The position numbers were made by a program, and so were the translations under genes. Source: Hypanus sabinus (lineage: Eukaryota). From it: a DNA stretch of 64,000 nt. The notes below the pieces were generated by a model. The model made no database searches and was not told the origin of the DNA. It saw nothing but the letters and a program-made list of their open reading frames with translations. This document shows positions 50,090 through 62,589 of this stretch, piece by piece. How positions within the stretch are numbered: position 1 is the stretch's first letter; each line of letters begins with the position of its first letter. The DNA lies in assembly GCF_030144855.1 (NCBI RefSeq), contig NC_082710.1, positions 161,882,001 to 161,946,000 on the forward strand, read 5' to 3'.

Positions 50090-53000
50090 TGGATTTCCGT
50101 AAGATATAGGAGCGGAAATAGGCCCATCAGCCCACAGAGTCTGCTCTGCCATTTCATCATGACTGACCCAATTCCCTCTCGACCCCATTCTCCTGTTTCT
50201 CCCATAACCGACGCTCTGACTAATCAACAACTTAACAATTTGAGCCTTAAATGCATCCAGTGACCTGGCCTGCAGAGCCTCCAATGGCAACAAGTTCCAC
50301 AGATTCACCACCCACTGAGAAAAGAAGTTCCCCTCTCTCTGTTCTAAATGGATGTCCCTGTATCTTGAAGCTGTACCAATGATCATAGGCTCCCCCACCA
50401 ATGGAAACATCCTCCTCACACCTGCAATATCTAGGCCGGGGGTCGGCAACCCGCGGCTCCGGAGCCACATGTGGCTCTTTTACGTCTGTGCTGTGGCTCC
50501 CTGTTGCTTTGAGAAATAATTGGTTGTGGCGACCCTTTTCCTGGCACATCCGAACCGACTCACAATTAGATAGCCTACGGGGGTTTGCGAGCACAGAGCT
50601 TTGGAGCCTCTGCGCCACGGGGGGCAGGTTGAGGGAGGCTTAAAAGCAAGGCTGTTTAGTTCGAATAAAGCTAACTTTGACTGCAGTTTACTGACTGCGT
50701 GTAGCACACCGCTACAACGTGTTTTTATCGCTGGCTGTCCAGAGGGGAGGTGCTGAAGATTTCGAATAAAGTTTTTTCCTTCGACTGCAGTTACCGACTC
50801 CGTGTCGTAATTTTAGCGCTGCGTGTAGCACACCGCTACATGGTCAGTATTTAATTAAAATGTATTTTATGTTAGTTTGTTAGTTTTTGAAATGTAAATC
50901 TAAATTTGAAGATTATGGTGATCTTGTACAATCTAAATAAGACGTTGTGGCGACCCATTTCCTGACACATCCGAACCGGCTCACAATTAGCCAGCGTTCA
51001 GGCTAAGGGAGATAGCCTACGGGGGTTTGTGAGTACGTGTCTTTTGCAGCATCCGTGCCCATGGGGGGCGGGTTGAGGGAGGCTTAAAAGCAAGGCTGTT
51101 TAGTTCGAATAAAGCTATCTTTGACTGCAGTTTACTGACTGCGTGTAGCACACCGCTACAACGTGTTTTTATCGCTGGCTGTCCAGAGGGGAGGTGCTGA
51201 AACGCTTTGTCGCGTGTCTGGAAGAAGGGAAAACTTTCCTGGGCAGCAAAGGGCTCACCTTTCCTGAGCTGGAACAGCCAGAGTGGCTGGAAAAGCTACA
51301 CTTCATGGTAGACATGACAGCGCACCTGAACACGCTGAACACAGCTCTTCAACGGGGTAAGGACGTACAGCCCTGCACATGTTGGAGGATGTTTTGGCAT
51401 TCGAGCGCAAGTTGACGTTGCTTGCCAGAGATTTACAGAAAGGCACATTGTCTCACTTCCCCAATTTGAGAGAGTTCAAACAAGGTCACGACTTGATAAA
51501 TTCGGAGTATTTACATTCTGCAATCATCGCAATGCAAACATCGTTTGGGAAACGCTTCTGTGAGTTCAGAGAGGAAAAAAAACACATTATCCTTCCCGGT
51601 CACTCCCCTAAGCATCGATCCATCCCTACTGAATACGACTGCATTGTCAGGTGTGAGTCAACCTGAACAAGTATGATAAATATTTTAATTGCCTATTATT
51701 TTACGTATATTCATATGTTTTCATTGTTCAGTGAAATAGTCCTTTTATTTTTCAGGTTGACAGCTGGCTGACGTTATTTTTGGTTTGCTGCTGGCGGCAA
51801 ATTTAAGTTTGGCGTTTTTCATAAATACAAGAAGGACTCAAATAGACGTTGAGTATTTTACTTAAAAGTAACCTTCAACCCAACGTCTTTTTTTCGGAGT
51901 TCAAAATGTTTTTGTTGCATACAGAAATGTAATTTCGTTTTCTTTGCAGGAGTTCATCAATTTCATAAATGCAACACATTATAGTTTGTTTATACATAGC
52001 ATAAAGGCAAAACAAAACGTTGTATGCAGTGTTATTTCATTTTAAATGTCAAACGGGTTTTGCGGCTCCCAGTGTTTTCTTTTCTGTGGGAAACGGGTCC
52101 AAGTGGCTCTTTCAGTGGTAAAGGTTGCTGACCCCTGATCTAGGCCTTTCAGTATTCACTAGCTTGCAATGAGATTCTCCCACCACCCTCAATTCTTCTC
52201 AATTCCAGCGAGTACAGGCCCAGAGCTTTCAGTTGCTACTCTTTCACTCCCGGAATCATTCTCCTGAACCTACTCTGAACCCTCTCCAATGTCAGCATAT
52301 CCTTTCTTGGAGGTCTCACCAATGCCTTATACAGGCCTCAGCATTACATCTCGTGTTTATATTGTAGTCCTCTTGAAATGAATACTAACATTGCATTTGC
52401 CTTCCTCACAACTGATTCAACCTGCACTTGAACCTTTTGGGAATCCTGCAGGAGGACTCCCAAATCCATTTGCACCTCGGATTTCTGAATTTTCTTCCCA
52501 TTTAGTCTATGCCTTTATTTCTTCTACCAAAGTGTGTGCCCATACATTTCCTGACACAGTATTCAATCTGCCACCTCTGCCCATTCTCCCAGGTCCTCCT
52601 GCAGCTTCTCTGCTCCCTCATCACCATCTATCCCTACATCTACCTTAATATCAACAGCAAACATGGTCAAAAAATGATGAATTTCATCATCCAAATCCTT
52701 GACATACAATGTAGAAGAATCGGTCCCAACACAGACCCCTGTGGAACACCACTAGTCACCAGCAGACAATCCAAAAAAAAGGCTCCGTTTATTCCCACAC
52801 ATAGCCTCCTGCCAATCAGACAATGCTGGAATCTTTCCTGTGATACCCTGGATTTTATCTTGTTTAGCAGCTTTATGTGTGACACCTTGTCAAAGGCCTT
52901 TTGAAGATCTAAGTACAAAACATCCACCAATTCTCTTCAACTATCCTGCTTATTATTCAAAGAATTCCAACAGATTTGTCATGCTAGATTTCTCCATAAG

Positions 53001-54390
53001 GAAGCTATGCTGACTTTAGCCTATTTTGTCATGTGCCTCCAAGTTCCCTGAAACTACATCCCCGACAATCGTATCCCAGCCACTCAGGTCAGGCTAACAG
53101 GCTTATGATTTCCTTTCGCTGTTTCCCTCCCTTCTTGAGAGGAGTGACATTTGCAGTTTTCCAGTCCTCCAAATCCATGCCAGAATCTGTTGTTTCTTGA
53201 AAGTTCATTACTAATGCCTCCATAATCTCTTCACCTACCTCTTTTCGAATGCTGGGTTATTGTCTGGCAGGTCCAAGTGGGTTTAGACCTTTCTGTTTCT
53301 CAAACACCATTTCCCTTGTAATAGCAACTGCATTCACTTTTGCCCCTTGATACTCTTGAACGTCTGGCATACTGTGAGTGTCTTCCACAGTGATACAAAA
53401 TACTCACTCGGTTCATCCACCTTTTCCTTGTCCCGCATTGCTATCTCTCCAGCGTCATTCTCCAGTGGTCCAACACTACTCCAGCCAATATATCTGAAAA
53501 TATATTGGTATTCTTGGCAAGCTTACCTATTTCATCTACCTCCCCCAAATGTTTTTTTAATTGCTTTCTGCTTAAATATGTATCTCCTAATTCTCTAACT
53601 TTCTCCCTAATTTTTGCTCTATTAGATGCCATTTCTTTTGCTTTAATGTAGGCTTTGACTTCACTTTTCAGCCACATTTGTATTATCCTGCTTTAAGAAC
53701 ACTCTCTGTTCTTTGGGATGTATCTATTGTGTGCCTTCTGAATTGCTCCCGGAAACTCCAGTCTTTGCTGCTCTGCCATCATCTCTGCTAGTGTTCCCTT
53801 CCAAAGAATTTTGGCCATCTCCTCTCTCATGCCTCTATAATTCCCTTAACTTCACTATAATACTGATATATCAGATTTGAGCTTCTCCCTCTTAAATTGC
53901 AGGGTGAAATCTATCATATTATGATCTGTTTCCTAAGGGTTTTACATTAAGCTCCCTAAATCACATCCAGTTGACTGCACAACACCTATTCCAGAATTGT
54001 TGATCCCCGAGGGGCTTAATCACAAGCTGCTCCAAAAACCCATCTTGGAGGCATTCCACAAATTCCCTCGCTTGGCATCCAGAGTCAACTTTATTTTCCC
54101 GTCTGTCTGCATATTGAAATCTCTCGTGACAATAGTAACGTTGCCTTTTTGACATGCTTTTTTAAAATTTCCTGCTGTAATTTGTGCACCACATTTTTAC
54201 TAAAGTTTGGAGGCCCATTAACTCCCATCAAGGTCTTTTTACCCTTGCAGTTTCTTCACACTACCCACAAAGATTCTACGTCTTCTGGTAGTATGTCACC
54301 TCTTCCTAAAGATGAGATTTAAGTTTTTTAACCAGCAGAGCCACTCTGCCTACCTGCCTGTACTTTCAAGAGAGTGTGTATCTTTAGGTA
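50090..54390 (-). mobile_element. Degraded CR1 LINE interrupted by the hAT element; part duplicated at 48740-49460
   Basis: LYLDLQKAFDKVSH, GVPQGSVLGPIL, endonuclease-side fragments; 3-prime tail near 50090-50180. Confidence 0.85.
50437..52137 (+). mobile_element. hAT (Charlie/SPIN clade, GTF2IRD2-like transposase) internally deleted element
   Basis: TIR CGGGGGTCGGCAACC / GGTTGCTGACCCCTG, perfect 8-bp TSD ATCTAGGC; transposase fragment RWLSRGEVLKRF...EWLEKLHFMVDMTAHLNTLN...LSHFPNL. Confidence 0.93.
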
Positions 54391-54589
54391 TTAAGCTGAT
54401 AGCATCGGCAGACTTTCTTGTGTTTATGTGCACCTCTTTGCCAGTCAATACAGTGAATCTCGCTCCTTTGCAGATCATTTTCTTTAATGTAGTGTAGCTA
54501 TTGAACTGTCTTTTGAATTCTATAAATAAAAGCCTTTGCTACTATCCCAGACAATTCCTTTCCGAGACTAGTCAAATCAAGTCAAGTTT

Positions 54590-57500
54590 ATTGTCATTTA
54601 ACTATAACTAGTATGACCATACAATGTATATAGAAACAAGACCTTTCTTCGAACCAGGGTGTAAAGCGCAGTAGCGCACATAGCACACGATGACTTATGA
54701 AGGAAAGGATAAAATCTACAGATGAATCACAAATAACGAACAATCTAAAGTAAATGAATATTAAATGTTGTAAGGTACGGAACAGATTAACCTGTGACAC
54801 TCGAATACGATGCAGCAGGGAGTTCAGAAGCCTGATGGCTTGGGGGAAGAAACTGTTTCTCATTCTGACTGTTGTTTATATGCATTGTAGCCTCCTGCCT
54901 GCTAGTAGAAAGTCAAAGAGGATGCTGGATGCATGGGATCCTTAATAATACTAAGAGCCCTGTGTACTCTGTGCTCCTGATGAATGGTAGGGAGACTCCT
55001 TTAATCGTCCTAGCTATTCTCACAGTCCTTTGTGGGGATTTCTGGTGCAGTGCTCGACTGCTGCCATTCCAGATGGAGATGCAACTTGTCAGGACGCTCT
55101 CAGTGGTGCTCCTGTGGAACACAGTCAATACGGTGGTGGGCGTGGAGGATGGGTAGCCTTGCTTTCCTCCATTTTCTTAGGAAGTGGAGATGTTGCTGTG
55201 TCTTGTTCAGGGAGATGATGTGAAGTCGTCTGTGACGTGAACTCCCGGGAACTTGGTGCACTGAACTCTCTCTACAGAGGAGCCAGGTATTCGTGGAGGG
55301 GGACGGTTCGTCTGCACCTTCCTGAGGTCCACAATGCTTTCCTTTGTCTTCTCTGCGTACAGCGTTAGGTTGTTCTCGCACCAACCCTCCAGCCCCTCCA
55401 CGTCCTCTCTGTATTCTGTCTCACATTGTTCTTAGTAAGGCTGACCGCTGTTGTGTCATCCTCAAACTTGATGACACGGTTTGAGCTGGATCATGCGACC
55501 GACACAGTTGTGTCAGCAACGTGAGCAGACATGGGCTGAGCACACAGATTCGGGGAGCGCCAGTGCTCAGCGAAATTGGACGAGTTTAAAGTAAAATTGG
55601 ATAGGTATATGTACAGGAAAGGAATGGAGGGTTATGGGCTGAGTGCAGGTCGGTGGGACTAGGCGAGAGTAAGAGTTCGGCACAGACTAGAAGAGCCGAG
55701 ATGGCCTGTTTCCCTGCTGTAATTGTTATATGAGACATTGCTGCCCATGTGGGCTGATTGTGGGCCTTACTGTTAAGATGCCCAGTATCCAATTGCAGAA
55801 GGAGGTTTTGAGAACAAATGAGGACGGTTTCCCCACCAGTTTCTGGGGTAGGGTCTGATGGTGTTGAACTCAACTCTGAACTGAACTCTATAACCGGCAG
55901 TCTTGCATATGAGACCCCATTTTCCAGGTGGGACAGGACAGTGGAAAGCAGGGCTATTGCATTGTCAGTCAATCGCTTTGAGCAATAAGCGAACTGGAAA
56001 GGATCCAATGTAGCCAGGAGAAAAGCTTTAATGTGCTCCATGAGCAGTCGCTCAAGGCATTTCATAAACATTGATGTTAATGCCAGCCGACGATGGTCAT
56101 TTTGGTAGGATCCTGGCGTAGGCACAGACCTCTGCAGTAAGCCGTGGCTTCTGATTTTCCCTCACCCGGATGTGGTTCATGATGGCAACATCCTCAGTGC
56201 ACTTCTCTATATCGCTGGTCACAGAATTGACACACAGGTTGCTGGAAAGTTTGGGAACCCTGTAGAATTTTCCCTCTTTCTTCATAAATATGACCTAAAG
56301 TGTAATCAGTTTTGCATGTTGTCCTAAAGCTAGATAAAGAGAACCCAATTAAATAACACAAAAACATTATAATTGTTCATTCATTTACTTATTGAGAAAA
56401 TGATCCATTATTACATGTGTTTATTGGAACAAGTATGTGAACCTTTGCTTTCAGTAACTGATGTGAACCCTTGCACAGACATTTCCAGTGACTGTTGATC
56501 AGTCCCACATATCAGCTTGTAGGGCTTCAGGGCCCCCTCCTTACAAAACTGCTTCAACTCTGGAAAGCTGGCAGGCTTCCTCGCATGAACTGCTTGCTTC
56601 AGGTCCTTGCACAAATTCTAGAAACATAGCAACAGAAAACCAATAGCACAATACAGGCCCTGCGGCCCACAAAGTTGTGCCGAACATGTCCCCGCCTTAG
56701 AAATTAATAGGCTTACCCATAGCCCTCTATTTTGTATAGGACTACGGTCAGGATTTTGACAGCCATTCCACTACACAAATTTCCTTTTTAAACTATTCTG
56801 TTGTTGATTTTCTCTTGTCTTTTGGATCATTGCCTTGTTGCATTATCCAACTTTAATGGACTGCTAGCCTGACATTATCCTGTAACATGTCTTGATACCA
56901 TTTTGAATTTGTTGTTCCCTGAACGATTGCAATCAGTCCAGGCCTTCAGGCAGCAAAGCAGCCCCAAACCATGATGCTTCTTCCACCATACAAACATGGC
57001 AATGTGCATTTCTGCCAAAAAGTTCAACTATTGCCTTATCTGTCCACAGAACGTTGTCCCAGAATTATTATAGAACATCCAGGTGGTCTTTTGCAAACTT
57101 GAGAAGTGCAGCAATTTTTTTGAAGAGCAGTGGTTTCCTCCGTGGTGTCCTTCCATGAACACCATTCTTTTTCAGCGTTTTTCTTGTAGTAGACACATAA
57201 ACAGAGACTTTAGCAAGGTTTAGATATTTCTCCAGGTCTTTTCCTGTTGCCCTTGGGTTCTTTTTCACCTTCTTCAGCATTGCACATTGTGCTCTTGGTG
57301 TGATCTTTGCAGGATCTCCACTCCTAGGGAGGGTAGCTACAGTACTGAATTTCCTCCATTTGTAAACAATTTCTCTTACTGTGGACTGATGAACACTGGC
57401 GTCTTTAGAGATGCTTTTGTCGCCTTTTCCAGCTTCATGCATCTCTACAATTCTTCTTCCAAGGTCCTCTGAAAGTTGTTTTGATGGAGGCAAGGTGCAC

Positions 57501-58900
57501 ATAAACAGATCTTTCCTGAGACGAGCTGGCTTTCTATAACCTGGATTTGTGTGTCTTTATCATAGGGCAGGACACCTCTGCAACCCACACCTCCGATCCC
57601 ATCTCATTGATTGGAACACTTGACTCTAAATAGCTTTTGTAGAAACATAGAAAATAGGTGCAGTAGTAGGCCATTCGGCCCTTCGAGTCTGCACCGCCAT
57701 TCAGTATGATCATGGCTGATCATCCAACTCAGAACCCTGTACCTGCTTTCTCTCCATACCCCCGATCCCTTTAGCCACAAGGGCCATATCTAACTTCCTC
57801 TTAAATATAGTCAATGAACTGGCCTCAACTGTTTCCTGTGGCAGAGAATTCCACAGATTCACCACTTTCTGTGTGAAGAAGTTTTTCCTCTTCTCGGTCC
57901 TAAAAGACTTCCCCTTTATCCTTAAACTGTGACCCCTCGTTCTGGACTTCCCCAACATCGGAAACAATCTTCCTGCATCTAGCCTGTCCAATCCCTTTAG
58001 AATTTTATATGTTTCTGTAAGATCTCCCCCTCAGTCTTCTAAATTCCAGTGAGTATAAGCCTAGTCGATCCAGTCCTTCTTCATATGAAAGTCCTACCGT
58101 CCCAGGAATCAATCTGGTCAACCTTCTTTGTACTCCCTCTTTGGCAAGAATGTCTTTCCTCAGATTAGGGGACCAAAACTGCACACAATACTCTAGGTGC
58201 GGTCTCACCAAGGCCTTGTTGCAACTGCAGTAGAACCTCCCTGCTCTTGTACTCAAATCCTTTTGCTATGAAAGCCAACATACAATTTGCCTTTTTCACT
58301 GCCTGCTGTACCTGCATGCCCACCTTCAATGGCTTGTGTACAATGACACCCAGGTCTCGTTGCACCTCCCCTTTTCCTAATCGGCCACCGTTCAGATAAT
58401 AATCTGTTTTCCTGTTCTTGCAATCAAAGTGGATAACCTCACATTTATCCACATTAGCCCAGAAGTTCACATACTTCTTCCAATGAACACATGTAATATT
58501 GGACTTTTATTCTCGATAAATACAAGTTTTTGTGTTATGTATTTAATCAGGTTCTCTTTATCTAGCTCTCGGACTTGCATAAAGATCTGATCATATTTCA
58601 AGTCATATTTATGCAGAAATAGAGAAAATTTTACACGGTTCACAAACTTTCTATCAACACTGAGGTTAACATGGTTGCCATAGGTAACAGTCTCCCTGAA
58701 CATTCCCCAGTTTGTATTATCAAGGCAGTCCTGCAGTGTAGAGATTGCAACCTCAGGCCACATTTTCACCAGCTTTGAAACTGGTTTGACCGGTTTGATC
58801 ACTTGTTTGCATAGATTGGTGATCTGAGCGTTCAATGTGGGGTTGAGAGACTGCTTTATAGGCAGTTTAGAATGTTAATGTTATCAGGTAGCAGATTCGA
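54590..58900 (-). mobile_element. Rex1/Babar LINE hosting nested insertions
   Basis: DPFQFAY, HRSTTESVLTSCISIW, RNSFFPQAIRLLNS; sequence resumes at about 58665 after the Tc1 insert. Confidence 0.8.
56235..58662 (-). mobile_element. Tc1 transposon (Frog Prince-related) with CR1 inserts at about 56620-56745 and 57640-58460
   Basis: Long inverted repeats (GAAAGTTTGGGAACC / GGTTCACAAACTTTC); HTH ...GKGDKSISK...LPRSGDPAKITPRAQ...PRRKPLL. Confidence 0.85.
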
Positions 58901-59052
58901 CATGCTGGTGGAATTCAGGCAGGACTGTCTTTAGGTTTGCATGGTTAAAATCACCTGTAATAATGAAGATACCGTCAGGGTGTTTGGTTTAAATGAAACT
59001 GATGGCGCTGTAGACCTCATGCAGTACCTTGCTGGTGGGGGGGGGGGGGGGC

Positions 59053-59441
59053 GCAGACCTGAAAAAGCGTGTGCAAGCAAGGAGGCCTACAAACGTGACT
59101 CAGTTACACCAGTTCTGTCTGGAGGAATGGAACAACATTCCAGCAATTTACTGTGAGAAGCTTGTGGAAGGCTACCCAATACGTTTGATCCAAGTTAAAC
59201 AACTTAAAGGCAATGCTACCAAAGTGTATGTAATCTTCTGACCCACTGGGAAAGTGATGAAAGAAATAAAAGCTGAAATAAATCATTCTCTCTACTATGA
59301 TTCTGACATTTCACACTCTCTTAAAGTAGTGATCCTAACTGACCTAAGACAGGGAATGTTTTCTAGGATTAAATGTCAGGAATTGTGAAAAACTGAGTTT
59401 AAATGTATTTGGCTAAGGTGTATGTAAGCTGACTTCAACTG
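59053..59441 (+). mobile_element. Sleeping Beauty/Tss1-like Tc1 3-prime fragment with complete right IR/DR
   Basis: LKKRVQARRPTNVTQLHQFCLEEW...KLVEGYP...KGNATK; IR/DR AGTGTATGTAATCTTCTGACCCACTGGG...GGCTAAGGTGTATGTAAGCTGACTTCAACTG|TA. Confidence 0.88.
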
Positions 59442-61859
59442 TACATAGACATGACCTCTAGCTGTTCACCTCCTGCTTAAGAATGCTGAGGACTCAATCC
59501 AAGATGTTCTGCTCCAGGCCACTGGAAGGCAACATGCCACCCAGGAATCTTGTTCTCAATCGCAGAACCTCCTGTCCTTTCCCCTAAATGAATTGCCTAT
59601 CATCACAGCGTGTCTCTTCTCCCTCCGTCCCTTCTGAGGCAAACTCACTGCCAGAGACACGATTGCTGTGTTGTTGCTCCGCTCGATCTCCAAAGTGATA
59701 CACTTGTTGTTGAGGGGGATGGCCACAGGGGTGCTCTCCCTTTCTGTCTGTCACTTAGTTTCTTGTGTCCCACAACTTGGGTGTAACTACCTCTCATCTA
59801 TCAGGCCTTTCAATCTCCCAAATAATCTGGAGTTCATCCAGTTCCAGCTCCATCTCCTTAACATGGATTGTAGTTGTAGTAGTCAGGGACACAGGAGGTC
59901 TCCCTGTCTCCCCACATCACGCAAAAGGAGCATTTCACTATCCTGCCTGGCATCTCTGCTGTCCTAGCAGAGCAGATATAAAGAAGGGAAGGGAAAAAAA
60001 CAAGCTTTACTCAGAGCTTCTCATTTTGCCTTTACTAACTGATGCCTCTCTTCGTTGAAGCCTTGAGTTAAACTCATCCCTCTAACTCTATCCACTCAGA
60101 CAAGAACCACTGCGCTGACCCCTGTCTTCTATTGATGTCCTCTTGTGAATCAATCCCAAATGCCGACTGGCCACTGATCAGATCTCCAAATAAACTGCCA
60201 CGATTCGCTGTCGCTTTTTTCTACTTGGTCAGTGGACCCGAGTGAAGTCCCCTCCTCCCAGTCTTCTGATGTCCAGATTGGTCGCTGGTCAATAGGTTTC
60301 AAAGGTACATTTAATGTCAGAGAAATGTATACAATATACATCCTGAAATTCTTTTTCTTCACAAAAACAGAGGAGTGCTCCAAAGAATGAATAATGGTTA
60401 ACTGTTAGAACCCCAAAGACACCTCCCACCGAGCACTCAAGCGTGCAGAAAAGCATCAGTAAAGACACAGACTTGCAGTATCCCAAAGACTACTCGTTCA
60501 CCCAGTAATTCGACATATCACAGGCTCTCTCTCCCTAATAAGGGAAAAAGAGGTGTCCCCATTTTATATTGAGGGGGGAGACATAACCAAACAACTTGTT
60601 GATTTATGGTGTTAAAAGTCTGTTGAGTCGCTTTATCCAAGCTCTGTGCCTCTGGATACACAGTCTCCAGCAAGTCCGCCGCTTCCAGTATTCCTTGCTG
60701 TCCCGCGACGTATCAGCCAGTGGCACCAGCCACGAAGCGGCCCATCTGCAGAGCCACGAGGCGCGCGAGCCTTTCAGGCTGCGTCCTTGGGATATTGACC
60801 AGCGGCCAGTCGCGAGAGCGGGTCCCATTCCCGCTAAGAACCAAAGTCAGAATGTAACTCCGGGTCAGGGTCTTCAAAAGAACCTCGAAAAAGGGGGAGA
60901 AAGAGAAATATCAAAGATAGAAATAAAGCTGTTTCCAAAGATGCAAGCAAAGGAGTCGCCATTTAGCGCCTACATCACTAAGCTCCGCCCTCTACTCCCT
61001 GGTTATGTGACCTCTGATGACTGGCAGACAATCTCTGAAGAGTATTGATATTGGCTGGCATCACACATCTTGTAAAGACACTCCCCACAACGAGGCAATG
61101 ACAAACCACTTCTGTAGAAAAATCTGCCAAGAACGATCATGGTCTTGGACCGTGATTGCCTCCTTGTCTGACACAGCACAGAATGATGATGACAAGGAGC
61201 AGAGAATTGTAAACTCGTGGCAGGGAATAGTGAAATGGTGGCTCTGAATGAGTTCGCTAAATTTCACTTTAAGCTACAGTTTGTGACTTGGACCAGTTGA
61301 GCCTGTTACAGACTTGTACTGCCTGGTGCCCTTTATCTCGTCTCCACATGTCCGCCCCCTATCTCTCTGTAGCACAGATCTCAAAAGCCGAATTGCATGA
61401 AGCTCAGCTCGAACAGAGGTTCTGATGCTGCAAAGGGCGTACTTCACTCTGTGTATACACAGCGCACACAGAGTGTGGATCTTGGGGGGGTGGGGGTGCT
61501 GAGGCGGGGAGATAAATGAGAAATAGTATAAGGATAATGAGAAGTTTTGTGGAGCATCCAAAAGTGTATGTCAGTTTGTAATAAAAAGAAAGTTAGTTCT
61601 GAAGTAACCCCAGCCAACATAATTGTGTGAATACTTTCTCTCGACAGTCTGAACTGCCCACGGGCAAAGAGATTGGGAGGAATTGGGTGACCAAAACAAG
61701 GGATTCTCTCTGAATGAGGGGTTGGTTCCTGGCCGCAGACAGGAATGGAAAATGCAACAAAGAATTATGTGTTTAGGGCAGGAGGTTTAGCAACTTCGCT
61801 CTGTTATCACATGGCCTCTCCAAAACGGGTGGTTGTGGGCATCAGAAGGAACCAGCAAA

Positions 61860-62280
61860 AGAGATTCTCCAGATGCTGGAAATCTAGAGCAACAAACACA
61901 AAATGCTGGAGGAGCTCAGAAGGTCAGGTGGTATCTATGGAGAGGAATAAACTGTCAATGTTCCAGGCTGAGATCCTCCATGAGGATTGGAGAGGAAGGG
62001 GGAAGAGGTGGGGGAGCTGGAGGAGTACAAGCTGGCAGGTGATAGGTGAAACCAGGTGAGGGGGAAGGTGGGCAGGTGATGGGTGAAGGGAGATGAATAA
62101 TGAGTCAGAACTGGATAGGTGGAAGAGATAAAGGCTTGAAAAAGAAGGAATCTGATAGGAGAGGAGAGTGGATCATGGGAGAAAGGGAAGGATTGAAGGA
62201 CACAGGGGGTTTTGGGCAGATAAGCAGAGAAGGGGTAAGAGGGGAGCCAGAATCAGAAACGGGGGAGGGGGGAAACTAAC
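61860..62280 (-). mobile_element. Penelope-like 3-prime/pLTR fragment
   Basis: AGATGCTGGAAATCTAGAGCAAC...GCTGGAGGAGCTCAG followed by the purine-rich tract shared with 14267-14750. Confidence 0.7.
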
Positions 62281-62589
62281 TATGGACTTTTTGGTTAACT
62301 GGGGCCCTGTATGATCTGGGCATCCCAACACCAACAGAACCAGCCAATGCAACTGATCTTCCAGCCTAAAATGGATCATTTAGGGGGTCTGTTCAAACAA
62401 TTTGGTGTCTTCTTAACCCACATCAAGGGGATACTGAGTCAATTAGTGGAACCGCCGGGGTTGGTGGTAGAGGCAGGGACTTTGAAGGAGATCTGAGACA
62501 GACACTTGGGTGATAGAAAAATGGAGGGTGATGTACAAGGGAAGGGTCGGATTGATGGTAGAATAGGTTAAAAGGTCAGCCCAACACTG

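Noticed and set aside
61260-61860. Search for a C2 Ig exon of gene B in unique sequence
   Set aside because: No open frame with the paired Cys and Trp C2 pattern and phase-1 splice sites was found.
14270-62000. Recurrent GCTGGAGGAACTCAGCAGGTCAGGCAGCATC-type motif as CRISPR-like or regulatory array
   Set aside because: These are dispersed Penelope pLTR remnants at irregular spacing in a eukaryotic genome.
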